A program made the translations under genes and the position numbers. DNA of 57,757 nucleotides, taken from NCBI GenBank assembly GCA_017534425.1, contig JAFXWB010000052.1, forward strand, positions 1-57,757. Reading direction: 5' to 3'. Shown here piece by piece: positions 1 to 10,700 of this stretch (position 1 is its first letter; each line of letters starts with the position of its first letter). Source of the DNA: Bacilli bacterium (GTDB lineage: Bacteria; Bacillota_I; Bacilli_A; RFN20; CAG-826). The notes below the pieces were generated by a model. That model saw nothing but the letters and a program-made list of their open reading frames with translations, had not been told where the DNA came from and ran no database searches.

Positions 1-1080
1 AATAGAACCTGATTCAGGTCTTGTTGATAATTCGATATGGTAACTTAAGTTAAATATGGAATAAATCTTATCGAATAAGGCAAGCATTTTAATGATTTCA
101 TCTTCAAGTTGATCAAGAGTACAGAAGATGTGAGCATCATCTTGAGTAAATGCTCTAACTCTAAATAAACCTGCTAAAGCACCAGAAGCTTCGTAGCGGT
201 GGACATGTCCGAGTTCACCCATTCTAATTGGTAAATCTCTAAATGAGTGTAAATCATTCTTGTAGACAAGAATTGAACCTGGACAGTTCATTGGTTTGAT
301 AGCATATTCTTCATCATCGATTGTGGAGAAAAACATGTTTTCTTTATAGTGATAATAGTGTCCAGAAGTTTTCCATAAATCAACATCCATCATAATTGGA
401 GTTTTGACAAATACATAGCCATTTTCTTCATGGATTTTGTACCAGAAGTTTTCAAGTTCGTTACGTAAAATCATGCCTTTTGGAAGGAAGAACGGGAAAC
501 CTGGGCCATATTCCGAAATCATGAATAATCCGAGTTCTTTTCCAAGTTTACGATGGTCTCTAAGTTTACGTTCTTCAAGCATCTTTAGATAATTATCTAA
601 TTCTTTCTTGCTTGGCCATGAAGTTCCATAGATTCTCACTAATTGTTTATTTTTAGAATCACCTCTCCAATAAGCACCTGCAACATTTAAAAGTTTGAAG
701 TTTTGGATTTTGCCTGTAGATTCAACATGAGGACCTGCACAAAGGTCAAACCATTCACCTTGTTTATAAACGGTGATTTGTCCTTCAATTCCTTCAATAA
801 GTTCAAGTTTATAAGGATTATCCTTAAATAACTTTTTAGCTTCTTCTTTCGATACTTCAATTCTTTCAAATTTAGCGTTCTTAGCGGCAATTTTTCTCAT
901 TTCTGCTTCAATTGCAGGAAAATCAGCGTCTGTAATTTGCTCGTCACCAAAATCTACATCATAGTAGAATCCTTCTTCAATTGCTGGGCCAAATCCAAAC
1001 TTTGCATTTGGATAAAGGTGTGAGATTGCTTCTGCCATAAGGTGAGAAGTTGAGTGATTAAGTTTTTCAAAGTCGGTCAT
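1..1080 (-). CDS. thrS: Threonine--tRNA ligase, partial (3' end runs off the window start); short form lacking the N-terminal TGS domain
   Basis: Manual translation from ATG at 1080: MTDFEKLNHSTSHLMAEA...DLCAGPH...RDHRKLGKEL...KPMNCPG...FTQDDAHIF. AGGAGGT RBS at 1088-1094. Missing from the ORF track because it is open-ended. Confidence 0.97.
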   Translation of the reverse strand, partial: MTDFEKLNHSTSHLMAEAISHLYPNAKFGFGPAIEEGFYYDVDFGDEQITDADFPAIEAEMRKIAAKNAKFERIEVSKEEAKKLFKDNPYKLELIEGIEGQITVYKQGEWFDLCAGPHVESTGKIQNFKLLNVAGAYWRGDSKNKQLVRIYGTSWPSKKELDNYLKMLEERKLRDHRKLGKELGLFMISEYGPGFPFFLPKGMILRNELENFWYKIHEENGYVFVKTPIMMDVDLWKTSGHYYHYKENMFFSTIDDEEYAIKPMNCPGSILVYKNDLHSFRDLPIRMGELGHVHRYEASGALAGLFRVRAFTQDDAHIFCTLDQLEDEIIKMLALFDKIYSIFNLSYHIELSTRPESGSI

Positions 1081-1099
1081 GTTCTTTACCTCCTAAAGT

Positions 1100-1318
1100 A
1101 AATAAAAAGCGCCCTACTTAAGGACGCTATTAACGCGGTACCACCTTAATTCATAACTATAAATAGTTATACTCTCAAGTACTCTTAACGGGAGTCATTC
1201 GTCTATATTGGTTTATAGAAGCTCAGAAGTGGTACCATTGAATTTCTTGTAGGAACCTTTCACCTTAATGTCCCCTCTCTAAACAAGAAGATTTCAATGA
1301 CGTGTCTTCGTCATCGCC
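1100..1318 (-). promoter_or_regulatory. T-box riboswitch (Thr) upstream of thrS
   Basis: Minus strand has AATTAAGGTGGTACCGCG (1134-1151), followed by a terminator stem and U-run. Specifier ACC at 1231-1233. Promoter TTGATT-17-TATACT (1353-1325). Confidence 0.92.
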
Positions 1319-1401
1319 ACTAATAGTATATTCATACTTTAAATATAAATCAAATTATTTACACATATATGCGCAAAGAAAAATATTTTAAAAATTTTTA
1401 C

Positions 1402-1566
1402 TGTGGATAACTTTGGGGATAACTTTGTTATTTTTTAAAAAGTATCGATTGAATGCAAACTATAACATTATTCACTGTGGTTAACTTTTCCACAGTCAAA
1501 ATTGGGTTTAATTTTCATCGATTTTTTCTATTGAAAAGGGTAATTTCATTTGATAAATTATTCACA
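1402..1566. promoter_or_regulatory. DnaA-box cluster overlapping the dnaB promoter
   Basis: TGTGGATAA 1402-1410 (perfect), TGGGGATAA 1414-1422, TTATTCACT 1468-1476, TGTGGTTAA 1476-1484, TTTTCCACA 1486-1494, TTATTCACA 1558-1566. Promoter TTGAAA(1531)-17-TAAATT(1554). Confidence 0.75.
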
Positions 1567-1570
1567 CAAT

Positions 1571-2812
1571 ATGGTTGACTACGTTTCAAAAAACGACTAC
1601 TACGAGATTAGAGTCGCTTCATTAATTACTAACTTAGACAGGGATTCACTCCTTGAACTTTATCAACCAATTATTGGAGCGAGAGCAGCTTCATTATATT
1701 TAACCTTATCAACCCAAAAGAAGAGTCCAGACGGTGGATCTATTTTCAATACGAATCAATTACTTAGAAATATGCAGCTTACTTCCGCTGAATTTATTGA
1801 AGCGCGTCACTATCTAGAAGCTGTCGGTTTAATTAGAACTTATGAAGCATCTCAAGAAGATGTTAGATGTTACATTTATGTAATTTATTCACCAAAATCT
1901 CCAAAAGCATTCTTTGAGGATGTTTTGTTCTCGGGTTTACTTATTCAATCTGTTGGAGAAAAAGAAGCTAAGAAACTCGCGAATAAATGGAAAGTTAATT
2001 TAACAATTCCTGAAGAATATCACGAAGTAAGTGCATCATTCGTAGATGTTTATAATCTTAACTACGACGATCCTTCATTTAGAAAAGACTTTGGTAGTCA
2101 AATTTTAGGAAGAGATCATGGTCGTGCTCAACTTACATTCAGTTATGATTTGTTCTTTAGTTTTATTAAAGAAAACTCCTCAATTGATATTGCTTCTTTC
2201 AAAAAAAAAGAAATGAAGGAGATTGCTAGACTTGCAACATTATTTGGATTAAACGAAAAATCAATGGCTTACATTATTATTGATGAGTATGATCCAACAA
2301 GTCCAATTCACTTAGATTTTGAGAATATTAGAAATAAATGTGAAAATGAGATTAGATTCTCTCAAGTTAAAAATGTTCAAAAGTCTGATGTTTCAGGAGA
2401 TTCTGAACTCGCCAACAAAATTAGAATGATGGAGGATGTTGCTCCTGCTAAATTCCTTCAATACTTACAACAAGGGACAAAACCTGCTAGAAGTGACTTA
2501 GCAATCGTTAATTCCCTTTCAGAAGATTATGGATTTGGTAACGGAATTATTAACGTTATCGTTGAATATGTTCTTTATAAGAACAAAAACGTATTATCTA
2601 AGAACTATGCTGAAAAAATTGCAGCATCTCTTGCAAGAGAAAACGTCAAAACAACAGTGGACGCTATGAACTACTTAAAGAAGTTATCAGTTAAAGCGCC
2701 AGCAAAGAAAAAGGTAACTGTTGAACAACAAGAAGAAGACAATGCAGAAATTTCACTTGATGAAATGAATGATTTATTAAATGAATTGGAGGTATCGAAG
2801 AATGCAAGATAA
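1571..2812 (+). CDS. dnaB: Replication initiation / helicase-loading protein DnaB (Firmicute type, DnaD-like C-terminal domain)
   Basis: LLELYQPIIGARAASLY, LEAVGLIRTY, GIINVIVEYVL...YAEKIAASL motifs; adjacent to dnaI. ATG at 1571 preferred over TTG at 1550. Confidence 0.9.
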   Translation: MVDYVSKNDYYEIRVASLITNLDRDSLLELYQPIIGARAASLYLTLSTQKKSPDGGSIFNTNQLLRNMQLTSAEFIEARHYLEAVGLIRTYEASQEDVRCYIYVIYSPKSPKAFFEDVLFSGLLIQSVGEKEAKKLANKWKVNLTIPEEYHEVSASFVDVYNLNYDDPSFRKDFGSQILGRDHGRAQLTFSYDLFFSFIKENSSIDIASFKKKEMKEIARLATLFGLNEKSMAYIIIDEYDPTSPIHLDFENIRNKCENEIRFSQVKNVQKSDVSGDSELANKIRMMEDVAPAKFLQYLQQGTKPARSDLAIVNSLSEDYGFGNGIINVIVEYVLYKNKNVLSKNYAEKIAASLARENVKTTVDAMNYLKKLSVKAPAKKKVTVEQQEEDNAEISLDEMNDLLNELEVSKNAR

Positions 2813-3725
2813 TGAGCTTAAAGAATTTAATTCGAAAGACATTCTCAAAAGAGACGTCGATATGAAAAAATATATCGAAGAACTTTTAGCAGAACTCAAA
2901 GCCGACAATGATGTTTATGAATCACTTAAACCATTAAGTTTAACAAACAAAGAAGTAAGAGACAATATTGGTCGTTTACATGACTACCAAGAAGATTTCA
3001 ATATTTGCAAAACTTGTCCAGGTTTTGATAAATGCCCAAAGAAAGAAAAACATATTTCAATGTATGTTTATAAAGATGGTAGTTATATCACAACAAGAAG
3101 TGAACCATGTAAAGAGTTAATTAAAGAGATGGAAATCGATTCAAAATATGTCGCTAAAGATTTCCCTTCTGAATGGAAAACTTCTGTTCTTAAAAACTTA
3201 GATTTAAGTGAAAATAGAAGACCATTGATCAAAGAATTTGTTAATATTGCCAAAGGCAAATCAAATAAATGGTTATTTGTCCAAGGCAATCATAAAGTTG
3301 GAAAATCATTTGTCTTAGTTACATTCGCAAATGAATTTGTCGCATTAGGACTTGGAAAAGTAGCAGTTATTAATGCTGCAAAACAATTTAAGAATATTGC
3401 GGATATGGCCTATTCAGATAAAGAAGGGTTCAAGAATGCAATTGATTTATTAGAAACAGTGCCTCTTCTTGTAATTGATGAATTTGGCCAAGAATATAAA
3501 AATGAATTAATCCGCGATCAAATTGTTATTCCTATCTTAAATGCTAGAGCTCACAGTGAACTTCCAACATTCTTCTCATCAGAGTTTACTATCAAAGAAA
3601 TCCAAACATTATATTCAATTGGAAAAAATAGTGGTGCAATTAGAGGGAAACAACTTGGTAGCCTTCTTACCGATATGTGTGAGAAGGAATATGATTTAAC
3701 TGGTGCTTCTATCTATAGAAAATAG
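2802..3725 (+). CDS. dnaI: Primosomal helicase loader DnaI
   Basis: N-terminal CxxC...C zinc motif, Walker A GNHKVGKS, Walker B LLVIDEFG, PTFFSS. GGAGGT RBS at 2788-2793. Confidence 0.9.
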   Translation: MQDNELKEFNSKDILKRDVDMKKYIEELLAELKADNDVYESLKPLSLTNKEVRDNIGRLHDYQEDFNICKTCPGFDKCPKKEKHISMYVYKDGSYITTRSEPCKELIKEMEIDSKYVAKDFPSEWKTSVLKNLDLSENRRPLIKEFVNIAKGKSNKWLFVQGNHKVGKSFVLVTFANEFVALGLGKVAVINAAKQFKNIADMAYSDKEGFKNAIDLLETVPLLVIDEFGQEYKNELIRDQIVIPILNARAHSELPTFFSSEFTIKEIQTLYSIGKNSGAIRGKQLGSLLTDMCEKEYDLTGASIYRK

Positions 3726-5094
3726 AATTAACTTGTTTTTCTAAATTAGCGATGTCTTTATCATTATTGATAACGTACGTCGCTTTTTTCATATTTGAAT
3801 AATCGAAATTAGAATTTAAAAGCAAAGCTTTTCCGACATCATCATGTCTAGATTCTAAGTTTGCTATTTGTTTTTCTTGATCTATATTTACAAAGATTGT
3901 TTTATCGCATAATAAGTACAAATCAGTTTCGAATAAGAATGCTGCTTCAACAACTATTGGTTGCTTTGAATGTTTAAGTTCATTTTCAACAACTTCAACA
4001 ACTTCTTTATGTACAATCTTTTGGAGTTGTTTTTTCTTGTTTGGGAATTTAATTAAGTATGATTTTAGCCATGCTCTATCAATGTCATTATTAACGATTT
4101 TTAAATCTGGAATTAAGTGTACTAACTTATCTTGCATCTCTTTTGTTTTATATAAGTCGTGAACGATTTTATCGCAGTCTAAAAGCTTAAATCCGTGTTT
4201 TGTTATAAGATTAGAAACTAGGGATTTTCCCGCTCCAATTGGGCCTGTAACACCAAATAATGTAGGAATTCCAGGGTTTTTCTGGCATTTTGGACAATAA
4301 GTAGTACCTCTACCATTTACGAAAATTTTTCTAAATTTAGTGTCACACCTTGGGCAAAAGTCGCCGTTTTTGCCATAAACTTGAAGCTGAACTTGGAAGT
4401 CCCCGGCAATGCCTTCTTCAGAAGTAAAGGAGTGTATGGTGGAGCCACCAGCTTTCATTGCTGCTTCTAATACTTCTTTAGAGGCTTTTAAGATTTCTTC
4501 AAGTTTTGCACGAGACACTAATTTGGCAGGTGTTTCAGGATGTATTTTTGTAATATATAAAACTTCATCAGTGTATATATTTCCTAAACCAGACATAATG
4601 CTTTGATCTAGCAATGCTGTTTTAATTGCGATTGACTTGTTCTTATAAGCATTCTCTAAATGAGAAGCATTTTTCATTTCAAACGGATTAGGACCTACGT
4701 TACAAAGTGGTGGAACATCTCTATAATTTGATTCGCTTTCAACACTCATTCTTCCAAAACGTCGGGTGTCATTGTAGACAAGTTTCGTGTTATCGGTGAA
4801 ATGAAAAACAACCAAATCATGCTTGCCAAGATTAGAATTTTCTTCTTTGAAGAAATATTTTCCTTCCATTCTTAAATGAGAAATGATGACGTGTTTATTT
4901 GATAAATGAAAAACAATGAATTTTCCTACTTGTTCAAAACTAGAAATGGTGGATCCTTCAATGGTTTTTTTGAAATGATTAACATCACCTTCGATTGTTT
5001 GCAATCTTAAAACTTCAACACTTTTTATGGTTTTATTTAGTGTTCTTAATTCAAGCTTTTTGATAACAACGTTTACTTCTGGAAACTCTGGCAT
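3709..5094 (-). CDS. mutM-coaE: Fused formamidopyrimidine-DNA glycosylase (MutM/Fpg) - dephospho-CoA kinase (CoaE)
   Basis: N-terminal PEFPEV, HLRMEG, GLGNIYTDE and CPRC...YCPKCQ zinc finger continue in frame into GVTGPIGAGKS...DCDKIVH...VEAAFLFE (CoaE). Confidence 0.92.
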   Translation of the reverse strand: MPEFPEVNVVIKKLELRTLNKTIKSVEVLRLQTIEGDVNHFKKTIEGSTISSFEQVGKFIVFHLSNKHVIISHLRMEGKYFFKEENSNLGKHDLVVFHFTDNTKLVYNDTRRFGRMSVESESNYRDVPPLCNVGPNPFEMKNASHLENAYKNKSIAIKTALLDQSIMSGLGNIYTDEVLYITKIHPETPAKLVSRAKLEEILKASKEVLEAAMKAGGSTIHSFTSEEGIAGDFQVQLQVYGKNGDFCPRCDTKFRKIFVNGRGTTYCPKCQKNPGIPTLFGVTGPIGAGKSLVSNLITKHGFKLLDCDKIVHDLYKTKEMQDKLVHLIPDLKIVNNDIDRAWLKSYLIKFPNKKKQLQKIVHKEVVEVVENELKHSKQPIVVEAAFLFETDLYLLCDKTIFVNIDQEKQIANLESRHDDVGKALLLNSNFDYSNMKKATYVINNDKDIANLEKQVNSIFYR

Positions 5095-7700
5095 TATTTA
5101 CAATCGTACCAAGTGCGGCCGAATCCTCCATCTACTTCAAGTTTGACATCTAATTTCATGGCGTTTTCCATGATATTTTTGACTAAATCGTATACTTTTT
5201 CTTTTTCTTTTGATGGAACCTTTAGTAAAAGTTCGTCGTGGATTTGACAGATAATCTTACTTTCGAGTTTTTGTTCCTTAAGGGCTTGATTTACACGAAT
5301 CATTGCAATCTTAATTAAGTCTGCTGCAGTTCCCTGAATTGGCGCGTTCATTGCCGCGCGTCTTGCAAATTCACGGACATTATAATTCGCGTCATGAATT
5401 TCACGAAGATAACGTTTTCTACCTAGTAAGGTAGAGACATATTCTTTTTCATTAACTTCTTCATTTATTTTTCTAAAGTAATCACTAATTTCTGGATAAG
5501 CTTCATAAAAGTTTGAGATGATTTCTTTTGCTTCTTTGCGAGAACAACCAATTTGTTCTGCTAAACCAAAGTCAGAGATACCATAGATAATTCCAAAGTT
5601 AACTGCTTTTGCTTTTCTTCTTTCTAGTTGAGTTGGGTTTTCGGTTTTAAAAACTTTAGCAGCGGTAGCGGAGTGAATGTCTTCTCCTGATTCAAAGACT
5701 GCTTGTAGAGCCTTACAACCTGATAGAGACGCCAAAATACGAAGCTCAATTTGACTGTAATCTAATGACAAAATAGAGATATCTTCATCGTCGTAATAGA
5801 AAGCTTTTCTAATCATCTTCCCTTCTTCATCACGAACAGAAATATTTTGTAAATTTGGTTCACTAGAAGACAACCTTCCAGTTTGAGTTAAAGCTTGATT
5901 AAAGATAGCGTGAATTTTGCCGTCTCCACGAATATGACCAATTAATCCATCGACATATGTTGAAATTAATTTTGCATATTTTCTATATAATAGAATTTCA
6001 CTTACAATTGGATGCTTATCAAGCAAATGTTTTAAGGTATCAACAGATGTTGACATTCCTTTAGTAGGATCAGCTAATTGAAGTTTATTAAATAGAATTT
6101 CTCCTACTTGTTTTGGTGAATCAACATTAAATTCTTCGCCTGCCATCTCATAAATTCGAGCACGAATATTATCGAGGTTTACTTTGAAGTTTTCACCCAT
6201 TTTACGAAGCACATCTTCATGTAGTGGGAATCCTTCAATTTCAATTTCCGCTAAAACGGTTGCAAGAGGAATTTCAACTTCTTCGTATAGCTTTTTGCAT
6301 TCAAGTTTTTCTAGTTCAGTAAAACATTTGTTTGCGACTCTTTTAGATGCAAAAGCAATCTTAGCGGTTCTTTCTGGGTTTGAATTATCAAACAATGAAA
6401 GTTCGTTTTGTTTGTTGGAAGAAATGTCTGATCCTAAGTAACTAAATATTTGGTCTGCATTATTGTTGAGAGTTGAATCTAAAAGATATGCAGTGAGTAA
6501 GACATCGAAGTATAATCCTTCAATTTCAAAGCCTAAATGTGATAATGCAACCTTAATTGCCTTATAATCGTAACAATACTTTTTGACGTTTGGATTTTTC
6601 AAAATTTCTGCAAAATCTCGGGTATTTCTGAAATTTTCCTCACGAATATACACTATTTTTGATGGAGTGCAAATGGCCGCACCATAAACAACAGCGTCAT
6701 TATAATTACCTGGTTCGATATCTAAGGCTATGGCAATTTCGCTTCCTGGATCTATACCTTTTAGAGAATCAACTTCTTCATACTTAACTTCAACATCTTC
6801 ATCATAAGTCATCTTTTTAAGATTTGCCGGGAGTCTATTTAGAAGTTGCTTCATATCTAATGAATTACAGAAAGCATTAATTTTGGAGTATTCATAACCA
6901 TGGTAGATTATATCTTCAACAGTAAATGGAAGTTCAACATTTGTTTCAATTCTTGCCATTTCGTAACAGTGTCTTCCTTGTTCTTCATTTTCAACAATCG
7001 ATTGACCAACTTTGGAAGTCATGGTTTTAGCGGCTTCTACAATTGCATCAAATGATCCATAGTCTTGAATTAACTTAACTGCAGTCTTGTCTCCAACACC
7101 TGGAATACCAGGCAAATTATCAGAGGCATCGCCTCTTAAACCTTTATAATCGATAATTTGAAGTGGCGCAAATCCATACTTCTCAGGCATAGTTGTCTCG
7201 TTCATAATGTCTATATTAGACATTCCTGTCTTAATAATATGAATAGAAATATGTTTATCAATTAGTTGAAGGAAGTCTCTATCGGAAGTATAGACAATAA
7301 CTTCTTTTCCTGCTGACCCTGCCATTTTGGCGACTGTTCCACAGATATCATCAGCTTCCCAACCTTCCTTTTCAAACCAGAAAATATTAAGTGAATCAAG
7401 AAACGCTCTTGCTAATGGCATCTGAGTTTTTAAATCTTCTGGACAAGGTTTTCTATTTGCTTTGTACTTTTCGTCTTCTTTGTGTCTAAATGTTGCTTTT
7501 CCAGTATCAAATCCAACAAAAAGTCCATCTCCTTCTTTAAGGTTTTGAAGCATTTTGTTAATCATATTTGAGAATGCAAAAACAGCATTGGTTGGAGTGC
7601 CATCATGTGCTCGCATAATTTCACCATTCGACATAGCAAGTGTGGCGAAATATGCTCTAAAAAGTAATGAGTTACCATCTACAATATAAATTTTATTCAT
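5094..7700 (-). CDS. polA: DNA polymerase I
   Basis: IVDGNSLLFRAYFA 5'-3' exonuclease start, TGRLSSSEPNLQNI, DYSQIELRILA, KAVNFGIIYG, QIHDELL. Confidence 0.98.
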   Translation of the reverse strand: MNKIYIVDGNSLLFRAYFATLAMSNGEIMRAHDGTPTNAVFAFSNMINKMLQNLKEGDGLFVGFDTGKATFRHKEDEKYKANRKPCPEDLKTQMPLARAFLDSLNIFWFEKEGWEADDICGTVAKMAGSAGKEVIVYTSDRDFLQLIDKHISIHIIKTGMSNIDIMNETTMPEKYGFAPLQIIDYKGLRGDASDNLPGIPGVGDKTAVKLIQDYGSFDAIVEAAKTMTSKVGQSIVENEEQGRHCYEMARIETNVELPFTVEDIIYHGYEYSKINAFCNSLDMKQLLNRLPANLKKMTYDEDVEVKYEEVDSLKGIDPGSEIAIALDIEPGNYNDAVVYGAAICTPSKIVYIREENFRNTRDFAEILKNPNVKKYCYDYKAIKVALSHLGFEIEGLYFDVLLTAYLLDSTLNNNADQIFSYLGSDISSNKQNELSLFDNSNPERTAKIAFASKRVANKCFTELEKLECKKLYEEVEIPLATVLAEIEIEGFPLHEDVLRKMGENFKVNLDNIRARIYEMAGEEFNVDSPKQVGEILFNKLQLADPTKGMSTSVDTLKHLLDKHPIVSEILLYRKYAKLISTYVDGLIGHIRGDGKIHAIFNQALTQTGRLSSSEPNLQNISVRDEEGKMIRKAFYYDDEDISILSLDYSQIELRILASLSGCKALQAVFESGEDIHSATAAKVFKTENPTQLERRKAKAVNFGIIYGISDFGLAEQIGCSRKEAKEIISNFYEAYPEISDYFRKINEEVNEKEYVSTLLGRKRYLREIHDANYNVREFARRAAMNAPIQGTAADLIKIAMIRVNQALKEQKLESKIICQIHDELLLKVPSKEKEKVYDLVKNIMENAMKLDVKLEVDGGFGRTWYDCK

Positions 7701-10700
7701 TTACTTTTCCTCCAACGATGTTACTAAAGTAACATTAAACTCGTCTTTGAGTGATCTATAATAGCCCTCAACAACGACAATATTATTTTTCTTAATTGAA
7801 GAAACTGATTTAGCATATGCTTCTGGGAAAACAGTTAATTCAACTTCTAAAGTGTCATCAAAAATAGTGACATATGCCATTTGTTGTTTCTTTTTAGTAG
7901 TGATTTTCTTGATATTTTTAATAATTCCAACGACTTTTATATCTCCTGATGAGGAAGTGATTTGGTCGAGTGGAAGAGCTTTTAGAGATCTGATTTTGCT
8001 TTGATATGCATTTAATGGTGAACCAGAAACCATAAGTCCCAAAGCATTGAATTCACGATTAAGATTATCAAGTAAATCATCCTCTGCTCTTACAACTGTT
8101 GGTTTTGGCAAGAAGTTTGGATCAATGCTTAATAAGCCTTGATCATCTAATAGGGCGCCTGCATACGAAAGCGCGTTAGGTATGGTGTAGCGAAGTGAGG
8201 CGCGGGATGGTTCAATAGAATCAAAAGCGCCAGCATCAATAAGGCTCATTAACTGAGCATCGCTAAAGCGATATTTTTTCATTCTGATGACAAAATCAAA
8301 GAAATCTTTGAATTCGCCATAACTTCTCTCGGTAATGATATTTTGTGATGTAACACTTGAAACGCCTCTAACTGAATTAATTGGGAAAATGATGTTATCA
8401 CCATCTAAAATGAAACCAAATCCCGATTTATTAACATCTGGACATTTAACTTTAATTTTAAGTGCCTTCATTTCGGCAATTGTGTTATTAAACTCAGTAG
8501 TGGAAGCGTTCGATAAAATCGAGGCGTAGAATTCTTTTGGATAATGCGCCTTTAGATACGCCATACGACACGTGAATATAGCATAAACAAGTGAGTGTGA
8601 ACGGTTAAAACCGTAATTAGCAAATTTATCAATAAGATTAAATACGTTTGTTGCTTCTTCTTGTTTATAGCCTTTTTTCATTGCGCCTTTAACAAATGAA
8701 GAACGTAAAGCTTCAAGTTTTTTACTATCTTTTTTAGAAACTGCTCTACGGAAAGAATCAGCTTCTCCAAGAGAAAATCCTGCCATTTTTGCAGCAATTT
8801 GCATAATTTGTTCTTGATAAACAATAGTTCCGTATGTCGATGAAAGTATCTCTTCAAGAACAGGTGAAAGATATTTAGGTTTAAGTCCAGAATTCTTCTT
8901 TCTAGCAAATTCGTTGATAGAATCCATTGGTCCTGGACGATATAAAGCAAGAAGTTGAACAACATCTTCGAAAGATTTAATCTTTAAAGTTTTAATAGCA
9001 TTTCTCATTCCAGCAGATTCAAGTTGGAATAAGCCCATTGTTTTAGCGGATGCAATTATTTTAATTGCGGCTGGATCATCATAAGGAATTTCGTCTCTAT
9101 TAATCTTAATTCCTCTTTGATTTAGCAAAGCTAAACAATCTTCAACAATGGTTAAATTACGAAGCGCTAAGATATCCATCTTAAGGAAACCTTGTTCTTC
9201 GATGTAGTCTTTTTCAAATTGTTCTACATATCCGCCATCAAAAGCCATTGAAAGAGGAATAACTCCTTCAAGTGGTTCAGCATTTAAAACTATACCAACA
9301 GCGTGCAAACTTCCTTGTCTTGGAAGTCCTTCAATCTTGCTGGCAAGAGTAACAATCTCTAAATAATACTTATCGTTATTAACCAATTCTCTAAATTGAG
9401 CATTAGCTTTGTATATTTCTCTAAGTGTTAATTTATCAAATTTCTCATCTTTGATGAGTTTGGTGAATAATTCAATGTCATGTTTCTCATAATTAAAGAT
9501 TCTTCCGACATCGTTTAAAGCAGCTTTCGCACCTAATGTTTGAACGGCTGCTATACGAGCAACGTGGTTTGAACCATACTTTTGGCGAATGTATGCGACA
9601 ACTTCTTCACGGTGAATATCGCTAAAGTCAACGTCGATATCAGGCATAGTTTGACGAGCCGGATTTAAGAAACGTTCGAAGAGCAAGTTATATTGGAGTG
9701 GATCTGGAACGGTAATGCCTAATGCATAGGAAACTAAAGAACCGGATGCGGATCCACGGCCTGGTCCAACAGCAATTCCGTGTGTTTTTGCATAGTTGAT
9801 ATAGTCTTGAACGATTAAGAAATAATCGCTGTAACCCATTTGTTTGATTGTACTAAGTTCAAAATTAAGTCTTTCTATGTACTTTGGAGTGGTTTTACCT
9901 CTCTCTTGTAATCCTTGCATAGCAAGTCTAGCAAGAGCTTCGTCTCCAGATTCTCCAGTTACTTCTAACCAAGAAATCATTTTTCCTCTTGGCTTCATGA
10001 AAGTAAAATCAATTTGAGATATTAAATCTTCAACATTTTTAAGTTCTTCTTCAGTATAAAGATTAGCGATTTCTTCAGGAGTTTTAAGATATTCATTACC
10101 TTCTGGAGATTTTATCTCTAAAACTTCTTTAGAATCGATTGCTTTCATCATTTCAAGGACGATAGCGTCTTCTTTCTTAATATATTTAACAGAAGGGAAC
10201 GCTAAAAGTTCGTATCCATGAGAAAAAGCAAAATCTCTTATTGTTTGAATATATGATTCTTCGCTTGTGACTTCTAAACCTAAGTGGAAGTTTTCAAATC
10301 CACGAGTAAGTTTTGATAATTTTCTTGCAAAATCATTTTCATCAGTAATTAGCGATTGTTTCAAAGCATCATTTTGAGTTGATAAAACAATAGCCAAACC
10401 TTCATTGTATTCAAGAATCACGTCTCTAAGATTTCGACCCTTTTCAACTTCAAGTGATAATTTTAATAAGTTTTTGTAACCAGTTTCGTTTAAAACGAAG
10501 AATGAAAAGAGAAGGTTTTCAATAACTAAGTCTTCACCAAAAATGACTTTAAGTCCTCTTTTTTGAGCTTCAGTATTAATAACTGGTGCCCCAGCAAGAG
10601 TATTTAAATCTGAAATACCAACAGTCGTAAGCCCCATTTTTTTTGCCGCATCTAAATATTCGGTTATTTTTAAACCTGATTTTAAAAGCGAGTATCCGCT

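Noticed and set aside
2200-2210. Poly-A tract in dnaB as a programmed frameshift site
   Set aside because: The frame is intact (FKKKE) and such runs are expected at this AT content.
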